From NCBI GenBank assembly GCA_951406725.2, contig CATOCA020000001.1:11656001-11720000 (forward strand): 64,000 bases of DNA, read 5' to 3'. The DNA comes from Octopus vulgaris. Lineage: Eukaryota. Positions 25,848 through 42,976 of this stretch are shown piece by piece; position 1 is the stretch's first letter, and each line of letters opens with the position of its first letter. The notes below the pieces were generated by a model. The model did not search any database. It had not been told where the DNA came from and saw only the letters and a program-made list of their open reading frames with translations. A program made the position numbers and the translations under genes.

Positions 25848-26890
25848 GTCTTTCTTTCTTTCTTTCTTTCTTTTTTCTTTCTTTCTTTTTTTTCTTTCTT
25901 TTTCTTTCTTTCTTTTTTCCTTTTCTTTTTTCTTTCTTTCTTTTTCTTTCTTTCTTTTTTCTTTCTTTCTTTTTCTTTCTTTCTTTTTTTCCTCTTTCTA
26001 TCTATCTTTCCTTTCTGTTTTCTTTCTTTCTTCCTTCATTTCTCTCATTCTTTCTGTCTTTATTTTTTCTGTCTTTCTTTCCTTTCTTCTTTCTTTATTT
26101 CTTCCCTCATTTCTCTTAGTCTTTCTTTCTTTCTGTCTTTCTTTCTTTCTTTCTTTCTTTTATTTCTTTCTTTCTGTCTTTCTTTCTGTCTGTCTTTCTT
26201 TCCTTTCTTTCTCTTTTTCTTTCTTTCTTTCTTTCCTTTCTGTCGTTCTTTCTTTTTTCCTTTCTTTCTTTCTTTTTCTTTCTTTCTTTCTTTCCTTTCT
26301 TTCTTTCTTTCTTTCTTCCTTCATTTCTCTCATTCTTTCTTTCTTTATTTCCTTCTTTCATTTTCCTTCTTTCTTTGTTTTTCTTTCTGTTTATCATTTC
26401 CTTCTTCTTACCCTTCTTTCTTTTTCTTTCCTTCTCCTTTGCTTCTTTTCTTTTGCTTCCTTCCTATTTTTGTCATTGTTTCGTTTCCTTTCCTTTTCTC
26501 CTTCTTCTCTCTCTCCCTCTCGCTCCTACACCTATCTTTCTCTCCTTCTTTCCTTCATTTTCCTTCTTTCTTTCTTTTTTCCTTCTTTCTTCCTTCATTC
26601 TTTCTGTCTTTCCTTCTTGATACCTTTCCTTCTCCCTTTCTGTCTTTCTTCCCCTCCCCCGCTCTCATCACTTTGTTTATTACGGAATCACTTCGCTTTC
26701 TTTCTTTCTTTCGCTCTCATTTTATGCATCATTACAGAATCACGTTACATTTTCCCCCTCATCTTTTCTTTCATTCCTTCTTTTTATCTTTTCTCTCTCT
26801 CTCTCTCATTCTTTCCTTCTTTTCTCTCTCTCTCTCTCACTCTCTCACTCTCACTCTCTATCTTTCCCTTAATCTCATTGTTTCCCTCCC
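24905..26890 (+). repeat. Polypyrimidine / (TTTC)n low-complexity tract
   Basis: Direct inspection. Confidence 0.95.
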
Positions 26891-27679
26891 AAAACCATTT
26901 CGACTTTTATAAAAGAATCTCACCTCTCTATTGTCTCGCATCATTCGTGAAACAGCAACCAAACACCTTGATATTTCTAAAGTTTTTATTTTATAAAAGC
27001 AGGACACTTGAGGAAGCGTCTATCAAATATATTGTCCTACAGGTGGTCGAGTAAGATGGTAGAAATGACAGTTCAATACACTATATTCTGCATTGTTTTC
27101 ATGAAAGATTGAAGGAGACTTTAAGAAGCATCCGGAGGAATATTATCCAAATGGTGGTCGTATGTGATGCTAGAAATAACAGCCAAGTATATCAAAGTTT
27201 TGTGTTGTCACTCATATAAAAATTAAGGGTACTTAGAAAATCCTCTCTCTCCCACCTCAGCATATATTAATATATCACCCCAAATCTTACCCGAATACCC
27301 CTAACCTCTAAGCCACTTGCCTTCACTCCAGCGACCATGCAAACTGTGTGATGATTGCAGGCAGAGTGAAAGGAAAAGTAAAGAATTGGAAATGTGAAAA
27401 AGCGAAATAAAAAACGAATCAGTGACGTGGAGTCGCAATCTGTACTAATTCCATTGATCAATGTTCGATATTTATCGATAATGTGTTATAAACACTATTT
27501 TATATTATTCTCTCTCTTTTTAATAATAGGCATCATTCGCCATCGCTCCGTCCCTTTCTCTCCCTCCACACACCGCACGATGCTCTCTGAAGCGGAGTTC
27601 CATCCAGATGTCCTCACATCCGTTTCTCTCATCAATAGGCGAACCGTTGTTCCGTCCGTCTCTTTGCCATTGTCGGCCG

Positions 27680-27715
<36 letters not shown>

Positions 27716-27720
27716 ATATA

Positions 27721-27963
27721 TTGGGCTGGTGCATATATTGCGGCTTTTGTCAACAAATTTTATTCAACAAAAACAATAACATGTAACAAAAACATCTTTA
27801 AATGATTATTCCGGAGCATATTCACCACCTACTTCAATTACTGCTTCCCTTTCGCTTGACAGACGGTCAGACCGTCATTTAAAGATGTTTTTGATAAATA
27901 TTTTTATTGTTTTTGTTGAATAGTATTTGTTGAAGAAGCCGCAATAATTATGCACCAACCCAA
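27721..27963. mobile_element. Mariner-type MITE with TA target-site duplication
   Basis: TA|ttgggctggtgca...tgcaccaacccaa|TA terminal inverted repeats; internal inverted aaaaacatctttaaatga / tcatttaaagatgttttt. Confidence 0.85.
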
Positions 27964-28384
27964 TATTTTACCTGACCCTGGGATGGTGTGATATCTTGAA
28001 TTGAGCGTGACATGGATTAAAGTGAGGGAAGGTTGCACAATAGCATCTGACTCACTCTCTCGTCCCTTCCTCTGTGATTCTAGTGAAAGGATGAAGTCAA
28101 GAAAACTACAGACAGGTTGCAGTTCACCCTCCACAAAGTTTGCGGGTCCGTTGAGCCTGTCTAGTGGTTTCCTCAGCACACTCAACAGGTTCACATCCTT
28201 AGATAGACAAGCCCTAGTCCACCAATGGTTAAAGGCCGTGTGCTACCGTTACTATGGTTTAGCCAGCCTCCGGCAGCCGTGACCCTGGGTGGGGATACTG
28301 TTGCATGCTGATAGTATTGATGAACCACAGGTGAGAGGTGGGAGTCACGGGAGGACCAAAGCGGACGGACTACTCCAAGGAGTA

Positions 28385-29320
<936 letters not shown>

Positions 29321-29539
29321 AATGAGGACAAATAAATAATGAATCCTTATTGTAGTTCTCAGCCTTTTCACTCGCTACGAATCCTTTCACAACAGCCACA
29401 AATGAATCCCATGCTCTTTTTTTCTACGTCAGTCCTCGAGCACGAGAATGTCTGGCATTTCATTAACTTTCGGATTTGTGACCCATCAAAAAACACCATC
29501 CATTATTTTATCATAACACAGGAAATGCTAAACAATTGA

Positions 29540-31152
29540 ATTTGAAACAGCTACTCTCCACATTAAGAGCTTCGATATATTACTTCATTAGTCCTAGTTT
29601 AAAATGAAGGGTTGAGAAGATGATTTTCTCTCGCTCAACAAGTGTTTCGTGTATGATATTCTTCTCTCCAGAAGTCAAGCTTTTCCTTAATTGCCAGAGT
29701 TTCCGCTCCCTATGATTGTCTCTCGTTTGGTTATCGCATAAACCCAGGAAAGACGGATGTTTTGTGTAAACTCTGTGTTGACCAAGTAAAAAGTTGAGCA
29801 TTTTTAGATCCACACATATGACCCATTTGTGTTCATCAGATTTGGGTAAATCTAATTCAACTTTTATGTGATCATAATTCTCTTTTAAGTTCACAGAGTG
29901 ACCAATAGGAAGTGCAGCAAACAAGTTTCAATTATGGACTAACAAACATTTTAGACACTTCTTTCAGCTATCTATAAACTCACTACGGTCATAGTATCCA
30001 CCACCCATCGCATTTAACAGCCCCGCCACGTCACAACAGTAAACAAAATAATTTTCAGTTGTAATGAATGCTAAGAGGACTTTTTCTTTGTTCTGATAAA
30101 AAGTCACGTTTCTGCAACACATTCTTCTCTTTAAGCCTAGAAGATAAGTTCCGATAACTCTTGTGACAGTCCTAGGTCTCTAACGAAATACTTGAGTTCT
30201 GCCTGGTTTTCACGTTCTTTGGTCGATGTTACTACAAAGTCTGTATCACTGTCATCTTCATGTTTTACATCTACTTCACATATACCATTTTTATCTTGCA
30301 ATGACGGTAGATCCTTGAAACTGGGTTCTGGGTGAAACATTGGACGATTTGATGAATCCAGATTTGTTCTGTCGCAATCTCTTGCTATAACCAGAAGAAT
30401 TTGTGAGACAAAATTAGCAATCTTTAATATGGTTCTTCGGTTCTTACCATGCCATAGGAATGCCAAAAGTTAGTTGTTTGTTTGAGTCCTTTGTCGATTG
30501 GCATAGATTTTTCGACACCGGGTTTACATATATTGAGCGGGACCCATGATTTATACCGATTGCCAACTTTAATCTTCAGGTAAGTCAATTGAGCAATGTT
30601 CATTCTTGGACTTGATACTGTAAAACACCCACAGGTGTCAGGGAATTTCAATCATTTCCTTCGCAATGACACCATGCTACTGAACCTCTGCATTATTTCA
30701 GGAGATAAATGTGAAAAAAGAGAAAATAACAAAGAGCATATTTATGTATCTAGGTTTGTCTAAATAGATGTCGAAATACTTGGATAAAATAAATATTCAA
30801 CAGAAATGTTTAACGATGATGTCTTTTGTACATTTGTTGATAGTAAGAAGAGATTAACAAAGCAGATTGAGACGACCGAGCGTTGAAGCACAGAGATATT
30901 AGGAAACACACTTCTATACATGTATGTATACGAGGCCAACAGAGCGTCACAACCTCACTCACTGAAGGCTCAACTGACTCTGAGATTCTTACTGCTAAGC
31001 TACTCTACCAAAAACACATCGAGAAATTTCTGAAAGATGGAGCTATGGGTGGGTTAATATGGACCAGTCTATAGGGAAAAATCACATGACGTGATAGAAA
31101 AGACAAATATTGCAATTTTATAACTTAGTGACCCCAAATTACCCCTAAATAG
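29540..31152 (-). mobile_element. Degenerate Chapaev3-like (CMC superfamily) DNA transposon
   Basis: KSWVP..CK, FGIPMAW.EPKNH..DC.FC, VRDLGLS, PIGHS..LKENY, WVICVDLKMLNFLLGQ, LHFKLGLMK; terminal-like motif gtgatagaaa...gaccccaaatta at ~31090-31141. Confidence 0.75.
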
Positions 31153-31164
31153 GTTTCAGACTTA

Positions 31165-31797
31165 TAAATGGGAAGAGAGGCAGAATGGTAGAGTAGTAAA
31201 TAATGAGGTGAGAGAGAGAGAGAGAGAGAGAGAAGCAAAGAAAAGGAGAGAGACACACAGGTAGACAGACAGTCAGATACAGGAAGGGTCAGAGTTAAAC
31301 AGAGAGAAGAAGAGGGAGACAAAGAGATGGGTTTGAAGGAGAGAGAGAGACAGAGAGGATTGAGAGATGGGGTTACAGAGATGACAAAAGAGAAAGTGAG
31401 AGGAGAGAGGGAGGAAGAGACAACGCGAAAGAAGGAAATCAAGAGAGAAAAGAAGAAAGAAGGGAAGGATGGGAGGGAAAAAGAAAGAAAGAAAAGATGG
31501 AAGGAAGAAATAAGAAACAGAACAAGAAAGTGAGGAAGAAAGATGGAAAGAAACAAAAAAAACGTGAAGTGATTCTGTAATAAAGAACGAGATGAGAATG
31601 AGTGAGAGAAAGAGGAGAGAGAGAGAGAGAGAATAGAAGATAGTAAGAGAGAAAGAATGAATGAAAGAAGGAAACAAGGCTAGAGACAAATGGAAAGAAA
31701 GAAAGAGAGAAAGAAAGAGAGAGAGAAAGAGAGAGAGAATAGAAGATAGTAAGAGAGGAAGAATGAATGAAAGAAGGAAACAAGGCTAGAGACAAAT

Positions 31798-31828
<31 letters not shown>

Positions 31829-31899
31829 AAGAGAGAGAGAATAGAAGATAGTAAGAGAGAAAGAATGAATGAAAGAAGGAAACAAGGCTAGAGACAAAT

Positions 31900-31946
<47 letters not shown>

Positions 31947-32192
31947 AAGAGAGAGAATACGAAGATAGTAAGAGAAGAAAGAATGAATGAAAGAAGGAAA
32001 CAAGGCTAGAGAAAATAGAAAGAAAGAAAGATAAAAAGAAAGGAAAGAAAAAACAAAAGAAAGAACAAGAAAACGAAAAGAAAGAAAGGAAATATGTAGA
32101 AAAAGGATAAAAAGAAAGGAAAGAAAGAAAGAACAAGAAAACAAAGAAAGAAATATGTAAAGATAAAAAAGAAACAAAGGCTCAAAAAGATA

Positions 32193-32275
<83 letters not shown>

Positions 32276-33085
32276 GAAAGAAAGAAAGTAAGAAAGAAAG
32301 AAAGGAAGAAAGAAAGAAAGAAGGAAAGGGAAGGAAAGAAAGAAAGAAAAAAGGAAGAAAGAAAGAAAGGAAAGAAAGAAAGAAAGTCGAAGTGATTCTT
32401 TCGTTCTTTGAAGAGAGGAGGAGGGAGAGTGAGTGGGAGAAAAAGCGAGAGACGGAAAGAGAAGGAGAATGATGGAGAGTAAGAAGGAGAGAGAGAGAGA
32501 GGATTAGAACAAAACATAATTGATAGAGAGGGAGAGTAGGAGTTGAGAGACAAGGAGAAAATAGGCGGAGTGTTAATATATAATGAGGTAAGAGAGAGAG
32601 AGAGAGAGGGAGTGACAGTGACAGAGGTTGAAAGATAGAGAGAGAGAGAGAGAGTAAGAAAAGCGAGTGAGAAAGAGAGAGGCAAATAACCAGACAGACA
32701 AAGCGACAGAGAGAACGATGTGTGAGAATGAGAGAGAGAGAGAGAAAGAGAGAGTGACTGATAGAGAGAGAGAGAGAGAAAGAGGGATATATAAGCTTAG
32801 CAAAAGAGGGAAAGTATGAGGTAAGAGATAAAAGCAAAGAAGGCGTAGTCATAGAGCATTATATAATGAGGTGGGGGAGAGAGAGAGAGATGGCGACAGA
32901 GAGGTTTGGAAATTGAGGGAGGAGGGATTGACGTGGGCGAGAAAGCAAAAGAAGTAGAGGGATATTATGATATATGAGGTGGTAGAGAGGGAGAGAGAGA
33001 GAGAGAGAGGGGGATCTCCTCTGAGACAATGATGGGAGAGGGAGTGTATCGGTTGAGAGAGGGAGTGAAAGAATTGGAGGAGCAC
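31165..33085 (-). repeat. Polypurine / (GAAA)n, (GA)n tract with internal ~105-bp tandem units
   Basis: Repeats of gaatagaagatagtaagagagaaagaatgaatgaaagaaggaaacaaggctagaga at 31630-32010. Confidence 0.95.
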
Positions 33086-34019
33086 AGCGAAGGATATGTG
33101 TGTGTGTGTAGAGGGTTTTTTAAGTGTCCTTATTTCTTATAGAAAAACAATACAACATTTTAACGTACGTGGCTGTTATTTCTAGCATCACGTAAGACCA
33201 CCAGAAGGACAATATTTCTCCAGATGCTTTTTAAAGTATCCTTCAGTCTTGCATGAAAATAATACAATGAGCTATTATTTCTAGCAAGATACCGGACCAC
33301 CTGTAGAACAATACGAAGCATCGTTGGTCTTTCTTGAATGATGCGAGACAATATAGGGGTCAGATTGTTTCATAAAGTTTTCTAAAGTTATCCTTCACTT
33401 ACATACATAACAAAGGATAAACAAAGGGAATTTGAAGTCCCTTGGTTTGTGTTTTCAGCATCAATACTGACCACTTTGACGGGGGCAGATTTATGATTCT
33501 TTAAGACCTTTCAGTTCTCTATGAAAAAGAACACAAATTTCTGTGCACTTGACAGTTATTTCTAGCATGATGTGAAGTCCTCTATAAGACAATTCTTTTA
33601 ATAAAAGTTTCTTAAATTGTCCTTCAATGACTGAACTATTTTCATTAAATTAGTTAAATAATTAATTTGTTAGTAATCAACGTAAACAAGAAAACAATTT
33701 TAAGGCAAATCTGAAAATATAATTTATTAGAAGGACAGAAGCGTGTGAGAAATAAAATTAAAGGAAGAGGGAAAGGGTAATGTATAATGCGGTGGGGGGA
33801 GTGGGAAAAGGGAGAGGGTGGGGTGTGATAGGTTAATGCATGGGGGTAACAGAGAAAGAGAGGGGGTGAGTATGAGACATAGGGTTGCGGCAAGTGAGGG
33901 AGAGGATAAGGTAAGTGATGTAGCAAGGGAGGTGGAGAGATTGAAATGAATGTGTAACGAGATGGTGAGAGAAAGGAGAGAAAGAGGGATAACTCGAATA
34001 TATGATGTAGATGCGAGGA

Positions 34020-34061
<42 letters not shown>

Positions 34062-34139
34062 GGTAGGAAAGAGAGAGAGAGAGAGAGGAGAAAGCGGATG
34101 TGAGGAAAACAGAGTATGACGTAAGAGAATCAATAAGAA

Positions 34140-34366
34140 GGCGGCGAGCTGGCAGAAACGTTAGCACGCCGGACCAAATGCTTTGTGGCATTTCGTCCGC
34201 CGTTACGTTCTGAGTTCAAATTCCGCCGAGGTCGACTTTGCCTTTCATCCTTTCGGGGTCGATAAATTAAGTACTAGTTACGCACCGGAGTCGATGTAAT
34301 CGACTTAATCCGTTTGTCTCTCCTTGTTCGTCCCCTTTGTGTTAAGCCCCTTGTGGGTAGTAAAGA
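34140..34366 (+). mobile_element. Full-length tRNA-derived SINE with Meta-like domain
   Basis: GGCGGCGAGCTGGCAGAA...GAGTTCAAATTCC GCCGAGGTCGACTTTGCCTTTCATCCTTTCGGGGTCGATAAA. Confidence 0.85.
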
Positions 34367-34542
34367 ATTAAGCCGGAGTTATATAGCGATATATATATAA
34401 TAAGGGAGAAAAGAGAGAGAGAGAGAGGGGGAGAGAGAGTGACTGAGACGGAGAGAGATTGACATCAATAGATAGGTAGATAGATAGGTAGATAGATAGA
34501 TATATAGATAAATAGGTAGGTAGATAGGTAGATAGATAGATA

Positions 34543-34920
34543 AGTTTCTTTATTAGCCACACAGGGCTGCACACAGATGGGACAAATTACAAGGCAGAGC
34601 TTTTCTTTTGGAGGAAGAAAAAAAAGTGGCGTAGGTTTTCGATCAAAAGGGATCGTAAAAGGGGGAAAAGAAAAAAAGATAAAAAAAGGAAAAGAAACAA
34701 AAGGAAAGAAAAAAGAAAAAAGAAGAGAAAAGAGGAAAAGGGGGAAGCGGAACATAAACGATCAATAGGGATCGTGTATCACAGTGTCATGATGTACGGT
34801 GTAAAGGGGGAGGCAGATAAGGTTTATCCGTGGGAAGAAAAGCCTAGGAAAAAGACAACGGTAACCTCGGTCAATATTGTTATATGTTACCACATTTAAC
34901 TTTCCCCAGAATATTTTCAT
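34543..34920 (-). mobile_element. 3' UTR fragment of the Tx1/L1 family found at 61487, ending at (TATC)n
   Basis: Reverse complement of 34543-34595 matches 63397-63452 (ttgtcccatctgtgtgcagccctgtgtggc.aataaagaaacttatc). Confidence 0.85.
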
Positions 34921-35564
34921 TCCTTCCCACAAAGCAAGAGCTGGACAAAGCAAAGGACAGAGACAAAGAGATAAGTTGTTTGCCACCAATCTTCCAAAAG
35001 GATGAGAGCAAAATTGACCTAGTAGGGCATTGAACTCAGAACATTGGCATGATTGGAAATACCTTTATTTATTCCCCAACAGGAGAGTATAAAAGGTGTA
35101 CATGCAGAAAAATATGTAAGACAGTTCTTATTAGAAATTCCTCAAAGAATTTAAATAATGCCAAAGTATTTTTTTAATCTTCAGTTTAATTTATAATTAA
35201 TCTGCAAAAACTATTTTTTTAGAATTTTTCAACTCTTATGCATACCTCATACAATTTTGGAGTACTTGAAAATGAAGATGTACTTTAAGAGGACACAGCT
35301 TGGATTTTAACCCTATCCACAAACTATATATCGTAAGAAGCCCATTGCATGTGTGTGTGTGTGTATACACACACACACAGATAAGAAAAGAAATGGAACA
35401 ACAATTAACAATTAGAAGTTAATCATTGATATTAAATGGTCATAGTTTAATTAACATTTACATCTGTTTTAGTTTGTTATTTTTGAGGTGAATTTGTATT
35501 TATCTCACTGCTCCCTTTCTTATCTGAATATATTAAACCATGGTTTACCATTTAAATTACCAAC

Positions 35565-35770
35565 TGCAGTGACCTGAATAATAATAATAATAATAATATC
35601 GAAAAATACCTTAGGAATGAGAACCCAGGTTCAAAATTTCCCCAAGACACCTGATGAAGGCTGGAAGGTATATCAGCCGAAGCATTGTGTTAACAACGAA
35701 CAATATAAGGACAAATATCCGTCAAATGTAAATAATGTACATAATTCCTCATCTCTTAAATATAGAACAG
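35565..35770 (+). mobile_element. Solo Penelope pLTR-like fragment containing a hammerhead-like motif
   Basis: gacctgaat(aat)n atcgaaaaataccttaggaatgagaac is shared with 29263-29312. Confidence 0.7.
35646..35691 (+). ncRNA. Degenerate minimal type I hammerhead ribozyme-like motif
   Basis: gacac-CTGATGA-a-ggctg/cagcc stem-GAAG-catt-gtgtt; stems I and II pair; GAAA core reads GAAG. Confidence 0.6.
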
Positions 35771-35933
35771 GACAATGGAGAGTTCTAATCTAGCAAGAGG
35801 CTACAACAATGACATCTCTTACACACACATATCGACATTGAGCTGTTAGAAGTAGATATAACAGTGGTTTATTTTACAGGTACATGGACACACTTTCAAC
35901 TGTTAGAGTTATGGTATAAATATATATATATAT

Positions 35934-35966
35934 ACTAGCTTAATGTGACCCGCTCTACGCGCGGGT
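35934..35966 (-). mobile_element. Helitron 3' terminus (hairpin + CTAG)
   Basis: Reverse complement acccgcgcgtagagcgggt...ctag-t. Confidence 0.6.
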
Positions 35967-35994
35967 AAGAGTGTGGTTGTTACTTTCTGTTGCT

Positions 35995-36315
35995 TCCTTT
36001 CAGCACGTAAAAAGCACCATCCGAACGTGGCTGATGGCAGCGCCGCCCTTGACTGGCTTCTGTGCCGGTGGCACGTAAAAAGCACCAACCGATCGTGGCC
36101 GCTGCTAGCCCCTCTGGCAGCTGTGCCAGCAGCACGAAAAAAGCACCCACTACACTCACAGAGTGGTTGGCGTTAGGAAGGGCATCCACCTGTAGAAACA
36201 CTGCCAGATCAGACTGGAGCCTGGTGCAGCCTCCTGGCTTCCCAGACCCCGGTCAAACTGTCCAACCCGTGCTAGCACGGAAAATGGATGTTAAACGATG
36301 ATGATGATAATGATG
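35995..36315 (+). mobile_element. SINE-like repeat with (GAT)n tail
   Basis: Repeated gcacgtaaaaagcacc, gttggcgttaggaagggcatcca, ends gttaaacgatgatgatg. Confidence 0.7.
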
Positions 36316-36784
36316 ATTCTCCCTCTTTGTTTCTCTCTCACTTTCCCACTCTTTTTTCTCTTGGACTCTCCCTCGCTTTCTCTTACTCTCTATCTTTATC
36401 TATCTCTCTCCCATTTATAAACAACAAAAGATCTTGAGTAAGTTGAGAAATAAAATATTTTGAAAGATCAATCATAAATATCAGGCAGTGACAACGGAAA
36501 GGTCTGCTTCAAGGCAGACAGCAAAACACTAACATTTAAAAGGGACAGACGAACTTGCGAGCTGAATAAAAATAATAAAATATTGGAAACCAAAGTTTGA
36601 AGGGATAGAATCTGAGGATAGTAGAGTCACCATGGCTGGCATTTCTTAACGACGGACAGCAACGTATTGACAGTTTAACGGCTGGCGTAAAATTTTGAAC
36701 TTGATGTAAAAGAAAATTCCTAAACACCAAGTTTTGAATAATCGAAGCCCTGGTGACAATATGATTCTCAGTTGAACAGATAGT

Positions 36785-37165
36785 CTTTTATTTGTTTCAG
36801 GCATTTGATTGTGGCCATGCTGGAGCACTGCCTTTAGTTGAACAAATTGACCCTAGGACTTATTCTTTGTTATCCTAGTACTTATTCAATCAGTCTCTTC
36901 GGCCAAACTGCTAAGTTACAAGGATGTAAACACAGCAGCATCGGTTGTCAAATGATTGTGTGTGAGGGGGAAAGACACACACACATATATATATATATAC
37001 ACGATGGACTACTTTCAGTTTCCGTCTACCAAATCCACTCACAAAGTTTTGGTTGGCTAGAGGGTATAGCAGAAGACACTTGCCCAAGGTGGCATGCAGT
37101 GGGACTGAACCCAGAACCATGCGGTTGGTAAGCAAGCTTCTTACCACACAGCCACTCCTGTGCCT
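36785..37165 (-). mobile_element. Octopus-type tRNA-derived SINE
   Basis: Reverse-orientation homolog of 14963 and 19335. Confidence 0.85.
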
Positions 37166-37880
37166 ATGCAAGGTTTCTCAACATTATTTCACTGAACCAC
37201 TTTGAGAGACCTTCACTACTTACTTCAATCATCTAACCAGCTTTCAACATCAGTTTTCTGTTCATTAAGCCTGTCTGTGCCCACCACTTCTGTATATAGC
37301 GGCACTCAAGTCCCGACTGTGAAAGGTGACCATTTTAAGGACTGTGCAGTGTCTGAACACCTCTGTTATACCAGTACAGAGGATGTGACAGTTTCTGACT
37401 TATGTGAAACTAACTGAATAGGATGACAGGAACCTAGATGAAGAGTAATCGATGATGTTGAAGTTTGGCAGCTGATGAGACAACTTTACACCAAACCATT
37501 TGTCTTTGGGTCAATGGTAAGAGTCAGTTGTGTGGTTTCTTGTAGATGTCCAGCTGGTGGGAAACTGAGAAGAGTTAATGTGGCAAATCTCCTTCAGAAA
37601 CAGAATGATCACTGGCCTTGAAAAGCTGGAGATAATCAATGTATCTATCCTTTGTCCTAAAGAATGTCTGACTTACCCAATTCTGTGGAAACATGAAGTA
37701 CTGTTTGTTTAAAAGTTCATCTCTGGAGGCACAGAGTCGCAAAAGATTCCTTCAATAAAAACCAAAGTGGCATCCATTCATAAAGAAAAAAATTCTAACA
37801 ACTTGTTATCTTGAACAACTGCAATCTTGGAATATTACTATTTTTAAATCTCACAATGAGAGATATTCAGCAACAGTACT

Positions 37881-38234
37881 TTGTAGTAAAGATTGTTTGC
37901 CAACATAACATGGCAGTCCTGGTTTAGGACGAATGTTGCTGTAATTTAGCCCCAGGAGACATCATCTCCAGCTGGCTATACGACATAATCTTCTTTATTC
38001 TGTTTCAATGCTAATGTATTGTAGATGTCAGTGACTGGTTTTGGTAAGGTGAGATGGGAACATATGACCTGTGTTATACTCGTAGGTCATAACATTCTTT
38101 TAGTTGTGATAATCTTGTACGGCTGATCGTGTTATACAGCCAGCTGGAGATGATGTCTCCTGGGGCTAAATTACAGCAACATTCGTCCTAAACCAGGATT
38201 GCCATGTTATGTTGGCAAACAATCTTTACTGCAA
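37881..38234. mobile_element. Foldback/MITE-like element with ~100-bp near-perfect inverted arms
   Basis: 37882-37977 is the reverse complement of 38137-38233 with only a few mismatches. Confidence 0.8.
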
Positions 38235-38270
38235 TTTTGGAATTTAAACTAAAGATGGCAGATAGCATCT

Positions 38271-38370
38271 NNNNNNNNNNNNNNNNNNNNNNNNNNNNNN
38301 NNNNNNNNNNNNNNNNNNNNNNNNNNNNNNNNNNNNNNNNNNNNNNNNNNNNNNNNNNNNNNNNNNNNNN
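38271..38370. other. Assembly gap (100 N)
   Basis: Run of n. Confidence 1.
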
Positions 38371-39793
<1,423 letters not shown>

Positions 39794-39852
39794 AAAAAAA
39801 TGACACACACACACAAACACAAAACACAAAAAAAACCAACACAAAAACACAC

Positions 39853-39909
<57 letters not shown>

Positions 39910-39910
39910 T

Positions 39911-42975
<3,065 letters not shown>

Positions 42976-42976
42976 T

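Noticed and set aside
24858-27054. 684-aa and 509-aa F/L/S-rich ORFs, and similar ORFs at 31125-32852 (-)
   Set aside because: Stop-free translation of CT/TTTC low-complexity DNA
37200-37860. Unique-looking sequence with a protein-like minus-strand reading (..TDVESWLDD) and gtaagt donors
   Set aside because: Multiple stops and no recognisable domain; cannot support an exon or pseudogene without a homology search
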